From contig JBAXIL010000001.1 of NCBI GenBank assembly GCA_037138355.1, positions 1 to 64,000 on the forward strand: a stretch of DNA of 64,000 nt, written 5' to 3'. This DNA is from a bacterium. GTDB taxonomy: Bacteria > Oederibacteriota > PGYV01 > Palsa-1178. Under the pieces are notes generated by a model. The model had not been told where the DNA came from, searched no databases, and was given only the letters and a program-made list of their open reading frames with translations. The position numbers and the translations under genes were made by a program. Below are positions 48,579 to 58,929 of the stretch, one piece after another (positions within the stretch are counted from its first letter, which is position 1; each line of letters starts with the position of its first letter).

Positions 48579-49043
48579 ATGATAACACCTATTTTTCTAA
48601 TTCTGATTACACTTCTTTTCTTAATAATGTGGGGATGGATTATTATGATATTTATAGATAATTATAAAATAAAAATGCAAATTGAGGCACTCGTCGAACA
48701 TCCTTTGACCCTGGAACAGAAGGAAACCGTTGATAATCTTCAATTAGATCTTGATACAAATGCGTATAGAGCAAAAAATGTGAAAATCGTAGTTTTAGTT
48801 TTTGGATTCCTTTATTCGGTAGCAGCGGTAGCAATTGTTTGGCTAAATGCAAAGTATTCGTTTTTTACTTATGATGGGCTTGTAACAAATCTTAAACTTA
48901 CTATGCTTATCATTGTATTATTTTTTACCCCTGGTTACATAGGGCTTGAAGTGATTAGTAATACTGAAGGAGCATCAGGGAACATATCATCAAGACTTAA
49001 ATTCAGCGAGGAATTAAAAGCTGGAGAAGAAGTTGAAATCTAA
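48579..49043 (+). CDS. Hypothetical membrane protein (3 TM)
   Basis: GGAGG RBS, abuts nnr, hydrophobic segments. Confidence 0.7.
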   Translation: MITPIFLILITLLFLIMWGWIIMIFIDNYKIKMQIEALVEHPLTLEQKETVDNLQLDLDTNAYRAKNVKIVVLVFGFLYSVAAVAIVWLNAKYSFFTYDGLVTNLKLTMLIIVLFFTPGYIGLEVISNTEGASGNISSRLKFSEELKAGEEVEI

Positions 49044-49401
49044 AACCAAGTTTGTAAAATATTTAATTATTGTTTTTTTGTTGTCGAGTTGTGCTTCAAT
49101 GCAGTTACCAAAAAATATTTTAGAATTTCAAATAACTCCTGAAACAGGCATAAAAGCAGGTACTATAGTAACAGTTAATATAAAAACCTCCGAAGATGTG
49201 ACTCGCGTTTTGGGTTCATTGGATATGATGGGCTCTCCTCAAATACCCCTAAAATATGACGAGTCAAAAAAAGTTTGGTACTTAAGACGCATGATACCGA
49301 TTGGCGTAATGATCCCATCAGGTGAGTATATTACAAAAGTCGAAGTTATCACTAAATCGGGCGAACATTATTACGCTGAAAAGAAAATAAAAATACAGTA
49401 A
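49033..49401 (+). CDS. Hypothetical lipoprotein (Ig-like)
   Basis: TTG start after GGAG; lipobox LSS-C; beta-rich. Confidence 0.7.
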   Translation: MKSKTKFVKYLIIVFLLSSCASMQLPKNILEFQITPETGIKAGTIVTVNIKTSEDVTRVLGSLDMMGSPQIPLKYDESKKVWYLRRMIPIGVMIPSGEYITKVEVITKSGEHYYAEKKIKIQ

Positions 49402-49432
49402 AGCGCATACTTAACACAAAAGGAGATTTATA

Positions 49433-50266
49433 GTGGCAATAAAGAATAAAAAGAAAAAAGTTGAAAAATTAGCTACGACTGATCAAACTGATGAAAGATC
49501 AATGTTATTGCCACCAAAGCATAAATCACGCAGAGTGGGTTTGATATATTCAATAATACTGGCTGTATTGGTTATTGTAGCGGCTTGTGTAATGATAGAT
49601 TATTATACTGCTTGGGGTAATACTCCGAAGCTGATAAAGCGTATGCTCGTAGAGGCAGAAAAGAAAGCCATTTATAAACATTATGATGAAGCAGAAACAA
49701 AATATGAAATCATTATGGAAAGATTCAAAAACAATGTGAAATATATTGAAGAGTTAAAGCAGGCAAAATTATCATTGGCAAAAACATTAAAAGACGCTGA
49801 ACAATATATAAAAGCTATTGTCTTGTATAAGGAACTTTCAATAGAATATAAAAAGTCTAATCCCGATATGTATGCTTGGCTACAGCTTGAACTTGCTGAT
49901 TCCTATAATAGTATATTAAATACTGAAGAGGCGATAAGAGTTTATAAGCAAGTCGCAATAGATTATAAAGCTTCAGATTGGTCTGCTGAGGCACTTTTCG
50001 GCATTGCTGATGCTTATAAGTCTAAAAAAGATTATACAAGTGCACTTGAATATTATGATCTAATAATTAATAAATATGAAAAAGGTTTTTTAAGTGCTGA
50101 GGCCTTGACTAATAAAGGTCGTATATATGAAATACTTGGAAAAATTGATCTTGCGTATAAAGTTTATGAGAAGGTTGTGAGGGAATTCCCAGAAATTGTT
50201 ACGGAATATGCAAGGGGTAGATACGACGCTCTCACAATAAAAACAAAATCAAATGCGCGAATTTGA
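49433..50266 (+). CDS. Membrane-anchored TPR protein
   Basis: One TM helix, then TPR repeats (AEALFGIADAY, AEALTNKGRIY). Confidence 0.85.
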   Translation: MAIKNKKKKVEKLATTDQTDERSMLLPPKHKSRRVGLIYSIILAVLVIVAACVMIDYYTAWGNTPKLIKRMLVEAEKKAIYKHYDEAETKYEIIMERFKNNVKYIEELKQAKLSLAKTLKDAEQYIKAIVLYKELSIEYKKSNPDMYAWLQLELADSYNSILNTEEAIRVYKQVAIDYKASDWSAEALFGIADAYKSKKDYTSALEYYDLIINKYEKGFLSAEALTNKGRIYEILGKIDLAYKVYEKVVREFPEIVTEYARGRYDALTIKTKSNARI

Positions 50267-51236
50267 ATTCATAAACAGAATCAAAACAGCGACTAACAAT
50301 TCGTATAATTCTATTATAAAGTCGATAGGCGACGATTGCGCGATACTTCATTATTCGAAATCCATGGATATGCTAATAACTACTGATACTATTTGTGAAG
50401 GGGTGCATTTTTCGAGTAAGTATTTTAAGGCAAATGAAATCGGAGCACGCGCCTTTGCTGTAAGTGTTTCTGATATATGCGCTATGGGGGGCAACCCTTT
50501 ATATGCACTTGTAAATATTGCTTTTCCAAAAAAAACACCACAAAAGTATATTGATACAATATTTAAAGGATTGCTTGCTGAAGCAGCTAAGTATAAAACA
50601 GATATTATTGGTGGTGATACAATTTCTTCAGCCCAAATAGTCATCACTGTTACTGTAATAGGAAAAGTTGAAAAAGGAAAAGCTTTATTGAGAAAGCATG
50701 CAAAACCTGGCGACACGCTATATGTCACAGGTACGCTGGGAGATTCTTTTGCTGGATTGCAAATATTATCTAAGAAAAAACGCTCTAAATTACTTCCCAA
50801 CGAATTAATTCCCGTGAATAAACATATAGCGCCTCGACCAAATTATTTAGAGGGGCGTTTATTACTTAAAAGTAACATGGTTAATGCCTGTATGGATGTT
50901 TCTGATGGGATAGCAAGTGATATAGCAAGAATATGCGAAGAAAGCAAAACTGGGGCAGAAATCAGGGTAGATAATTTACCCGTTTCATTATCTACACTTA
51001 AAACTGCCGAGCAATATCATGATAAAATAGTTGATTATGCTCTTTATGGTGGTGAAGATTTTGTTTTAATGTTTACGGTAGCAGATAAGAATAAGAATAG
51101 AATCAAACAATATATGAATACCAATGGAAAAGCAATTTATGAAATAGGCACAATTACTAAAAAAAAGGGTATAATACTAGTAAAAGCTGGGAATAAAATA
51201 AAGGAAACAGGGAAAAAAGTATGGAAGCATTTTTAA
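50253..51236 (+). CDS. thiL: Thiamine-monophosphate kinase
   Basis: IGDDCA, EGVHF, SDICAMGG, IIGGDT, DVSDG and GGEDF motifs. Confidence 0.96.
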   Translation: MREFEFINRIKTATNNSYNSIIKSIGDDCAILHYSKSMDMLITTDTICEGVHFSSKYFKANEIGARAFAVSVSDICAMGGNPLYALVNIAFPKKTPQKYIDTIFKGLLAEAAKYKTDIIGGDTISSAQIVITVTVIGKVEKGKALLRKHAKPGDTLYVTGTLGDSFAGLQILSKKKRSKLLPNELIPVNKHIAPRPNYLEGRLLLKSNMVNACMDVSDGIASDIARICEESKTGAEIRVDNLPVSLSTLKTAEQYHDKIVDYALYGGEDFVLMFTVADKNKNRIKQYMNTNGKAIYEIGTITKKKGIILVKAGNKIKETGKKVWKHF

Positions 51237-51700
51237 AAAAATATTTCAAAAAGGTTGAGAAAGTAGAATCTTTATCTGTTAAACAAACACAAGCGTGTGC
51301 TTTGCATTTTGCAAGTGGGATAAGTGCTGGTGATATAGTAGCACTTTCAGGCGATTTAGGTGCTGGCAAGACACATTTTGTTAAGGGAATAGGCAAGTTC
51401 TTTAAAATTAATGGTAAAATGATAGTTAGCCCAACATTTTCGCTCATTAAAACATATAAGAGTAAGGGAATGGTTATTAACCATTTTGATTTTTATCGAC
51501 TTAAAGGCATAGATGAACTTGAGAAAATTGGATACAGAGATTCTATAGCAGAACTAAATACAATATCTTTAATAGAGTGGCCTGAAAAAGTTAAGGAAAC
51601 TTGGAGAAATTTTACTTATGTAATTAATATTTTGCATAAGGGTTCTAATCGCAGAAGTATAACTATTTATAAAAAGAAGATTTTGAAAAAGTGTCAGTAA
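51221..51700 (+). CDS. tsaE: t6A biosynthesis ATPase TsaE
   Basis: GDLGAGKT, SPTF, HFDFYRL and IEWPE motifs. Confidence 0.96.
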   Translation: MEAFLKKYFKKVEKVESLSVKQTQACALHFASGISAGDIVALSGDLGAGKTHFVKGIGKFFKINGKMIVSPTFSLIKTYKSKGMVINHFDFYRLKGIDELEKIGYRDSIAELNTISLIEWPEKVKETWRNFTYVINILHKGSNRRSITIYKKKILKKCQ

Positions 51701-51722
51701 AGAGTTATGAAAAAAAATATTG

Positions 51723-51751
51723 TTGACGGTAATTAAATCTATAAATATGTT
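51723..51751 (+). promoter_or_regulatory. Candidate sigma-70 promoter of tsaB
   Basis: TTGACG-N17-TATGTT. Confidence 0.5.
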
Positions 51752-51771
51752 GAAATTCTAAAAGGATGTTC

Positions 51772-52467
51772 ATGAATTTACTTGTGGTTGACACCAGTTC
51801 GAAAGAGATAGCAGTTGCTGTATTTAATGGCTCTAAATGCCTTTATGAAAATTATATAACTGTTGATAAAAATTATAATAAAGTATTGATGCCTATATTG
51901 CAGAATGCAATAGATAAATCTGGTCTTATGCTAAATGAAATAGATTTATTTGCTTCAACTTTAGGTCCAGGTTCTTTTACTGGGATCAGAGTGGGGATGG
52001 CTGCCTTAAAAGGTCTGGCGCAGCCAGTTAGTAAAAATTACTCAGGTGTAGTCGTTCTTGATATTTTAGCAAATTCAGCTGAAAGTCATGGCAGAGTTTG
52101 GGCTATACTCGATGCTGGCAGAGGAGAATTGTACGCTGCTGCTTATATATATAAAGATAAGATGCAAATGTTAAGTGGAAAGTATTTGTTGATTTCAAAA
52201 GAAAATTTTCAAAAGAAAATAAAAAAAGGTGATACAATAGTTTCTCTAAAACGAGAGGCATTTATAGTAGAAATGGAAAGACCAATACTTAAAGTACAAT
52301 TTGTACGACTTGAGCATATAGATATGAAGGTTTTTGCAAAGATGATGCTTCGTAAAGCAAAAACAATTAAAGCTTCAGATTTGTTTAATTCAGCGCCAGT
52401 ATATATAAGACCATCAGAAGCAGAAGTAACTCTAAAAAGAAATAAGAAACAAAAACACACGAGGTGA
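51772..52467 (+). CDS. tsaB: t6A biosynthesis protein TsaB
   Basis: LVVDTS, GPGSFTGIRVG, DAGRGE and PVYIR motifs. Confidence 0.95.
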   Translation: MNLLVVDTSSKEIAVAVFNGSKCLYENYITVDKNYNKVLMPILQNAIDKSGLMLNEIDLFASTLGPGSFTGIRVGMAALKGLAQPVSKNYSGVVVLDILANSAESHGRVWAILDAGRGELYAAAYIYKDKMQMLSGKYLLISKENFQKKIKKGDTIVSLKREAFIVEMERPILKVQFVRLEHIDMKVFAKMMLRKAKTIKASDLFNSAPVYIRPSEAEVTLKRNKKQKHTR

Positions 52468-52472
52468 GTACA

Positions 52473-53213
52473 ATGAAGAAAGTATTTGTGTTATTCGTTT
52501 TTATCTGTCTTTTGACATGTGGAAATATATTTGCAGCTAATGCACAAGACGATGATGAAACCCCACGGGAGTTTGTAGTTAAAGGTATTGCTGGTGGTGT
52601 GAGTGGGGCTGTAGAAACGAAAGATAATATCATTGGTGAATCAGTAAAACAAAAAATAATTCAAACTGGCTTTTTGGAAAAAGTCAGTGGTGATAAATGC
52701 CTACTTCGCAAGGCGCAGTCAAAAGTGGAGTTTTATCTATCAGATAAAATAAACATATTTAATAAAAATGATGGAAGCTTGAGTGATCTAACCGACAGAT
52801 CATATATTGACATCCGTGGTCCTAAAAATAAAAAGGCGGCTTTGGCCAATACTATATATATATATCAAAATAAAAAAATGTTTGATGAAATGACAGATAG
52901 TGAAACATCTATATCAAAGAACTCATTTCAGTCACCTTTGGCAGGCACAATAATCAGAAATAATGTAATGGTTTCAAATAGTGATAATGTTAGTGGTACA
53001 GCTCAGATAGCTTTCACTGTCAGAACGGATGATGGACTTGATTATCAGATATTATTTGATGAAGATACTATATGGGTTAATAATACTGTGGTAACAAGAA
53101 GAGATTTAACCGTAGGAGATCGTTTAAAATTATTTTTTGATAAACGATTAAGCATAAGATACAATAATTATCCAATAAAAATAATTATAGACAAAACAAA
53201 AAAGAATATTTGA
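52473..53213 (+). CDS. Exported hypothetical protein, possibly two small OB-fold-like (DUF5666-like) repeats
   Basis: Signal peptide after GAGGTG RBS; weak internal repeat LSDLTDRSYIDI / RRDLTVGDRLKL. Confidence 0.55.
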   Translation: MKKVFVLFVFICLLTCGNIFAANAQDDDETPREFVVKGIAGGVSGAVETKDNIIGESVKQKIIQTGFLEKVSGDKCLLRKAQSKVEFYLSDKINIFNKNDGSLSDLTDRSYIDIRGPKNKKAALANTIYIYQNKKMFDEMTDSETSISKNSFQSPLAGTIIRNNVMVSNSDNVSGTAQIAFTVRTDDGLDYQILFDEDTIWVNNTVVTRRDLTVGDRLKLFFDKRLSIRYNNYPIKIIIDKTKKNI

Positions 53214-54667
53214 AATATATCTTGAAAAAAAAATTCATTCTTGCTGTATTTCTGGTGCTATTTATTATGGCTACTGTTTCTTCTTGTTCCAGAAGAAGGG
53301 TCATTCCTACGGAAGTAATTTGGAACACGACAATTACACAGACAAGTACCCATGTGAGCACATCAGTATTGACATACACAGCGACCCCGACTATAAGTGC
53401 GACACCTTTAGTTATATCTACGGTCACATTGTCCTCGACCAGTACCAGAGTGATTACATTCACATCGACAAGCACAGCAACCCAAACAAGTAGCGCTACC
53501 CCTGTATTCATACACCCAGGTGCGTGGTCCTCTGTTTCGGAGTTGAGCTTCGTTAAAACGCAAATTTCGGCAAATGCTCAGCCATGGAAGCAGCAGTTGA
53601 ATAATCTTTTGTGGCAGACAGGTGGTGCTACTTCTGGAATAAATTTTAATGGCATAACTCAGGATTCGTGCACGCAGGAAACCGCTGTCAAAACCGATTC
53701 TACGCTATGTTACGCCAACGCCCTTTCCTGGTATCTTACAGGTACCATGTCTTATTACACGACGGCAATGGCCATACTCTCTAATTATGCAAACATACAA
53801 GGCTTCCAGTCTTCGGCTTGTTATTATGGACAGCAAAATCTGAATGCTGGGTGGTTTGGAGTACTTTTTGCTAACGCTTGCGAGCTATTGAGGACGAGTC
53901 CGAACTGGACTGCAGCGAATACGCAAACATATGTGAATATGTTCAAAACAGCATTTTATCCATCGTTAAACACTATGAACATAGATAATGGAAATATAGA
54001 TTTAACACAGATTGATGCCATGATGTCAATGGCAGTATTTTGTGATGATAAAGAGGAGTGGAACTTAGCTGTTTCCAGATACCAGGCAAGAATCCCTGCA
54101 TATATTTATGATTCCACTTGGCCTACGGTTAATAACTCCACCAATCCTGATACTGGGGCTAATCAGCCGCCGAAACTTGGTAAATGGGATACAAATAATG
54201 CTGGATGTGTTACAGGTTTTCCTATGAATTTTTGGTACTGTCCGCTCAAATGGATTGCGGGATTGTGTCAGGAAACCTGTCGTGACAATGGACACCATAT
54301 ACAGTTTGCATTGGACGCGGCAGTGGAATGTGCCGAGATAGATTATCATCAGGGAAGTTTGAATAATTTTTATGCGACCTATCAGACATCGCTTGTGCCA
54401 GCTCTGGAACTGCTCGCGCAACAGTTTTATACAAACAGTTCGTGTGGTGTTTGCAGCGGCGCATGGGATCCGCAGAATCAAGTTCTTGACACTTTTGAAA
54501 TAGGTTTTAACCATTACGCCAATCGTCGAGGAATGGCGTCAACGGCTCCTGGGGACCCTTTGTATTACACAAAACAGTGGATAACTTCGCTCAGAGCCAA
54601 CAATAACACTACCTGGCTCCAGTTCAACATAGCCTGTGAAACACTGACACACGCTGGAGTGAACTGA
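53210..54667 (+). CDS. Lipoprotein with Thr-rich linker and alginate lyase family (alpha/alpha toroid) domain
   Basis: Lipobox VSS-C; FIHPG...AQPW, NGNIDL and GLCQETCRDNGH motifs; visibly higher GC than its neighbours. Confidence 0.75.
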   Translation: MKYILKKKFILAVFLVLFIMATVSSCSRRRVIPTEVIWNTTITQTSTHVSTSVLTYTATPTISATPLVISTVTLSSTSTRVITFTSTSTATQTSSATPVFIHPGAWSSVSELSFVKTQISANAQPWKQQLNNLLWQTGGATSGINFNGITQDSCTQETAVKTDSTLCYANALSWYLTGTMSYYTTAMAILSNYANIQGFQSSACYYGQQNLNAGWFGVLFANACELLRTSPNWTAANTQTYVNMFKTAFYPSLNTMNIDNGNIDLTQIDAMMSMAVFCDDKEEWNLAVSRYQARIPAYIYDSTWPTVNNSTNPDTGANQPPKLGKWDTNNAGCVTGFPMNFWYCPLKWIAGLCQETCRDNGHHIQFALDAAVECAEIDYHQGSLNNFYATYQTSLVPALELLAQQFYTNSSCGVCSGAWDPQNQVLDTFEIGFNHYANRRGMASTAPGDPLYYTKQWITSLRANNNTTWLQFNIACETLTHAGVN

Positions 54668-54848
54668 CAGTAAATTAGATATGAAAAGTTTCAGATTAGT
54701 CATCTCACATAAATACAAATGTTGTTTTACAACGAGAAAACTTGATTTTGCTTTATGAAACGCTAACTGCTATATCTTAATTTATCTCTCTTGAAAACAC
54801 GATTCTTTCACTATATGGAATCAAAATCACAAACCCCATAAAATACTA

Positions 54849-54876
54849 TTGATTTATAATATATATCATTTATAAT
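54849..54876 (+). promoter_or_regulatory. Candidate sigma-70 promoter of the yggS operon
   Basis: TTGATT-N16-TATAAT, in very AT-rich context. Confidence 0.45.
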
Positions 54877-54912
54877 GATAAAAATGGTAAAAAATAAAAG
54901 GCAAGGTAAAAA

Positions 54913-55611
54913 ATGAGCGATTTTGATTATATAAAAAATAATATTGATAAATTAAGAACTGAGATTGACTTAATTAATAAGAATGTAAAAATTTTAGCAG
55001 TTACTAAAACTCACAGTAAGCAGGCAGTTGAAGCAGCTATTAATTTTGGATTAAATGAGTTTGGAGAGAGCAAGTTACAGGAAGCACAAGCGAAAATAAT
55101 AGATATTAGTTCTTCGCATAGTAATATACTTTGGCACTTCATTGGACATTTGCAAAGTAATAAAACAAATAAAGTGATTGAAAATTTTGAAGTTATAGAG
55201 TCATGCGATAGAATTGAGTTGATTGAACAAATTTCTTTACAATCTTTGAGTATGGGGAAAGTTACTACTTGTCTTCTTGAAATTAAAGTTTCTGAAGAAG
55301 ACACAAAATTTGGAATACAACCTGATAATACATTTGCTATAATAGAAAAAGTAAAGCATTTGGGTGGTATAAAAATTAATGGACTTATGACTATGGCACC
55401 ATATTTTGATGAGTCTGAAAAGGCACGACCGTATTTTAAGAAAGTAAGAAAACTTTTTGATACTATAAAAGGTCAAAATCCAGGTGGTAATGTTACGATG
55501 GAAATATTATCAATGGGAATGAGTGATGATTATAAAATAGCAATAGCAGAAGGCAGCACTCAGGTAAGAATTGGAACAGCAATTTTTGGCAAGCGCGACA
55601 ATTATAAATAA
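54913..55611 (+). CDS. yggS: PLP homeostasis protein YggS
   Basis: LAVTK, WHFIGHLQSNK, LSMGMSDD and VRIGTAIFG motifs. Confidence 0.97.
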   Translation: MSDFDYIKNNIDKLRTEIDLINKNVKILAVTKTHSKQAVEAAINFGLNEFGESKLQEAQAKIIDISSSHSNILWHFIGHLQSNKTNKVIENFEVIESCDRIELIEQISLQSLSMGKVTTCLLEIKVSEEDTKFGIQPDNTFAIIEKVKHLGGIKINGLMTMAPYFDESEKARPYFKKVRKLFDTIKGQNPGGNVTMEILSMGMSDDYKIAIAEGSTQVRIGTAIFGKRDNYK

Positions 55612-55632
55612 TATAAGGGAGACGAGAATATT

Positions 55633-56451
55633 GTGGCTATAGATATGACTGGTATAGGTTTCATAGGCTTCGGCAAAATGGCACAGGCAATTGTTAAAGG
55701 TATGTTGTTTTCTAAAAAATATAGTTCCAAAAAAATATCAGCTTATGATGTTGATGTTAAGACACTTGTTTTAGGTTGTAAGAAGTATAAGATTGGCAAA
55801 GAAAATTCAAATCAAAATATTCTTAATAAAAAACGAATAATAATATTGGCAGTCAAACCACAAAATCTTTCCGAAGTTTTGGAATCGCTTAAAACTAACA
55901 TAACTTCAAATCATTTGATAATCACTATAGTTGCAGGAGTTTCAATAAATAAAATACAGCAACTTTTAGGAATTAAATGTTCTGTCGTCAGAGTCATGCC
56001 AAATACACCAGCATTAATTGGTGAAGGGGCTGCTGGTTATGCTTTTAGCAGAGAAGTAAAAGCCAAGGATAAAATATTAACACAGAATATATTAGCTACA
56101 ATCTGTAAAATCATGATTAATGTTCCTGAAAGTGAAATAAATAAAGTTACAGCTTTGAGTGGAAGCGGACCAGCATATGTGTTTTATTTTGCAGAAGCAA
56201 TGCTTGAGGCGGCAAGACAAATGAAGTTTGACTTAAAAGAAGCAAAAAAACTTATAGCACAGACATTTATTGGTTCTGCTATGTTGTTAATAAAAAGTGA
56301 AGAAGGACCTGAGGTTTTAAGACGAAATGTAACATCAAAAGGTGGCACTACTGAAAGCGCTATAACGACAATGGAAGCTAAGGCTGTTAAAGATAGCTTT
56401 ATCAAAGCAATAATTTTAGCAAAAGAGAGGGCAGACGAACTTGGCAAGTAA
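55633..56451 (+). CDS. proC: Pyrroline-5-carboxylate reductase
   Basis: GFIGFGKM, LAVKPQ, RVMPNTP, SGSGPAY and VTSKGGTT motifs. Confidence 0.97.
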   Translation: MAIDMTGIGFIGFGKMAQAIVKGMLFSKKYSSKKISAYDVDVKTLVLGCKKYKIGKENSNQNILNKKRIIILAVKPQNLSEVLESLKTNITSNHLIITIVAGVSINKIQQLLGIKCSVVRVMPNTPALIGEGAAGYAFSREVKAKDKILTQNILATICKIMINVPESEINKVTALSGSGPAYVFYFAEAMLEAARQMKFDLKEAKKLIAQTFIGSAMLLIKSEEGPEVLRRNVTSKGGTTESAITTMEAKAVKDSFIKAIILAKERADELGK

Positions 56452-56737
56452 TATACATATCATCATAGTAGATATCATAAATGGAATGGCTACAGTATAT
56501 ATGTTTCTTATACTAATTAGATCACTTATGACTTGGCTAAGGCAAGAAGTCATTGCTAAATTTTTTGGTTTTTTTGATGCCGTGGCGAAAGTCACGGATC
56601 CTGTTTTGAATTTAATAAGAAAATTTTTTCCTTCCTATATTGGAAGAGTTGACCTTTCCCCATTCATTGCTTTGTTGTTAGTTGAAATAATAAAATATGT
56701 GTTTATATATGGTCTTAACTTAATTTATAAATTATGA
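56441..56737 (+). CDS. yggT: YggT family membrane protein
   Basis: VTDPVLNLIRK and DLSPFI motifs; synteny. Confidence 0.9.
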   Translation: MASNIHIIIVDIINGMATVYMFLILIRSLMTWLRQEVIAKFFGFFDAVAKVTDPVLNLIRKFFPSYIGRVDLSPFIALLLVEIIKYVFIYGLNLIYKL

Positions 56738-57030
56738 TTAATTTAATTATAGAACACAATGGGGCAATAACTTTCAATGTGAAAGTATTGCCAAACTCAT
56801 CGAAAACTGAAATTATAGGCACTAATGATGGTATATTAAAGATAAAATTAAATGCTCCTCCAGATAAAGGGAAGGCGAACAGAGAACTCGTTGAATTATT
56901 TAGTGAAACATTTAAAGTCAAAAGAAAAGCTGTAATTATTGTTAAGGGAGATAAGAGTCGAAATAAAAGTATTATGATAGATGGTATCACAAAAAAGAAT
57001 TTTATAAATATATTAGGAGGTACAATTTGA
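56734..57030 (+). CDS. yggU: DUF167/YggU family protein
   Basis: [14 protein letters not shown] and GDKSRNK motifs. Confidence 0.9.
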   Translation: MINLIIEHNGAITFNVKVLPNSSKTEIIGTNDGILKIKLNAPPDKGKANRELVELFSETFKVKRKAVIIVKGDKSRNKSIMIDGITKKNFINILGGTI

Positions 57031-57857
57031 AAGAGCTAAATAAGAAAATCATTTTATCGGTAGAAAAGATACAGCAGGAGGTCCCTGGTTTTATGCCAGA
57101 GATTGGAATTATTCTCGGAACAGGACTTGGGGCGCTTGCCAAGGAAATCAAAAACAAAAAATCAATCCCTTATGAAAAAATACCAAATTTTCCACTTTCT
57201 ACAGTAGAATCTCATCAGGGGCAACTTGTGTGCGGAGAACTGGAAGGAAGGCAAGTGGTGGCAATGCAGGGGCGTTTTCATCGCTATGAGGGCTATACAA
57301 TGAAGGAAGTGACATTCCCTGTGCGTGTTATGAAAGAGCTTGGGGTTAAATACCTTCTTATATCAAATGCTGCAGGTGGTATGAATCCAAAATTTAAAGC
57401 TCCTTGTCTTGTCTTGATTGAGGATCATATTAGCTTATTTATGGGAGATAATCCTTTACTTGGTCCAAATGACAATGAGTTAGGACCGCGCTGGCCTGAT
57501 ATGATAGAGCCATATTCCAAAGAACTTATGAGTATTGCTAAAATTGCCGCTAAAGATTTGGGAATTGAATTACAGTCTGGTGTTTATGTTGGTGTGACTG
57601 GACCAAGCCTTGAAACGCGTGCTGAATACAAGTTATTAAATAAATTTGCAGATATGGTAGGCATGTCCACTGTCCCTGAAGTTATCGTGGCGGTTCATTG
57701 TGGTCTTAAAGTTTTGGGTATTTCAGTCATAACAGATTTATGTATACCAGAGACACTTGAACCAGCTGATATTTCAAAAATCATTAACAATGCTAACATA
57801 GCGGAACCAAAACTCACCGCGCTTATGAAAGAAGTAATAAAAAGAATAAAGGAGTAA
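57027..57857 (+). CDS. punA: Purine-nucleoside phosphorylase (trimeric PNP/MTAP family)
   Basis: [34 protein letters not shown] and VGMSTVPE motifs. Confidence 0.92.
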   Translation: MKELNKKIILSVEKIQQEVPGFMPEIGIILGTGLGALAKEIKNKKSIPYEKIPNFPLSTVESHQGQLVCGELEGRQVVAMQGRFHRYEGYTMKEVTFPVRVMKELGVKYLLISNAAGGMNPKFKAPCLVLIEDHISLFMGDNPLLGPNDNELGPRWPDMIEPYSKELMSIAKIAAKDLGIELQSGVYVGVTGPSLETRAEYKLLNKFADMVGMSTVPEVIVAVHCGLKVLGISVITDLCIPETLEPADISKIINNANIAEPKLTALMKEVIKRIKE

Positions 57858-57864
57858 TAACACT

Positions 57865-58929
57865 ATGAATGATTTTAGCCCGGTTGAATGGAAAAATAAT
57901 CATTTATTAGTACTTGATCAGTTATTATTACCATTTCAAGAAAAAGTAATAATTTGTAAAACATGTAAGGAAGTTGCGACTGCTATTAAAGATATGAATT
58001 TGCGTGGAGCACCGCTTATAGGTATAGCGGCGGCTTTTGGATTAGCAATGGAAGCGAAGCAGTCAAAAGCAAATAAATATGATAAGTTCAGTAAGGAAAT
58101 GATAAAGGCAGGAGCACAACTTGTAGAGACCAGGCCAACAGCTGTTAACCTCAAATGGGCGGTTGACAGAATGCTTAGAACGATGGAACAAAATAAAGAG
58201 AGGAAAATTTCAAGTTTAAAAGATTTAATTATTGCTGAAGCTGTAAAAATATATAAAGAAGATTTAGATAATAATAAACTGATTGGTAAATATGGTTCAG
58301 AACTAATTCGCGAAAAAGATACTGTTCTTACTCATTGTAATGCAGGAGCACTGGCAACTGCAGGGTATGGAACCGCATTAGGAGTAATAAGGGCGGCGCA
58401 TGAAAAAAAGAAAAAAATAACAGTATTTGTAGATGAGACAAGACCTTACTTACAAGGGGCAAGACTTACTGCTTGGGAAATGGAAAAGGAAAAAATTCCA
58501 CACTTTCTTATTACCGATAATATGGCTGGATATTTTATGTCAATTGGAAAAATTAATGTTGTGGTAGTGGGAGCGGACAGAATCACTGCAAATGGTGATG
58601 TGGCAAATAAAATAGGGACATACTCTGCTGCAGTTCTTGCCCATGCTAACAATATTCCTTTTTATGTTGCGGCACCTTCTTCAACTATTGATTTTAGTAT
58701 GAAAAAGGGAAGCTTAATACCTATAGAAATGAGAAGTGAAGATGAAGTTAAAAAGATTTTTGGTAAGGATATTTCATGCAAGAAAACAAGAGCACTTCAT
58801 CCGGCTTTTGATGTAACTCCTGCAAAATATATAACAGCAATAATAACCGAGAAAGGCGTCATAAGAGCGCCATATGACATAAATCTTGAAAAAGTGCTAT
58901 TAAATAAAGAGGTTGTGGCTGATTTATGA
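57865..58929 (+). CDS. mtnA: Methylthioribose-1-phosphate isomerase
   Basis: LRGAPLIG, RPTAVNL, LTHCNAGALAT, ETRPYLQGARLT and NKIGTY motifs. Confidence 0.97.
   Translation: MNDFSPVEWKNNHLLVLDQLLLPFQEKVIICKTCKEVATAIKDMNLRGAPLIGIAAAFGLAMEAKQSKANKYDKFSKEMIKAGAQLVETRPTAVNLKWAVDRMLRTMEQNKERKISSLKDLIIAEAVKIYKEDLDNNKLIGKYGSELIREKDTVLTHCNAGALATAGYGTALGVIRAAHEKKKKITVFVDETRPYLQGARLTAWEMEKEKIPHFLITDNMAGYFMSIGKINVVVVGADRITANGDVANKIGTYSAAVLAHANNIPFYVAAPSSTIDFSMKKGSLIPIEMRSEDEVKKIFGKDISCKKTRALHPAFDVTPAKYITAIITEKGVIRAPYDINLEKVLLNKEVVADL

Noticed and set aside
54672..54783. Long-range pairing AAATTAGATAT/ATATCTTAATTT and GTTTCA/TGAAAC after the lyase gene
   Set aside because: Imperfect and almost all A/T, so plausible by chance; no transposase or target duplication nearby.
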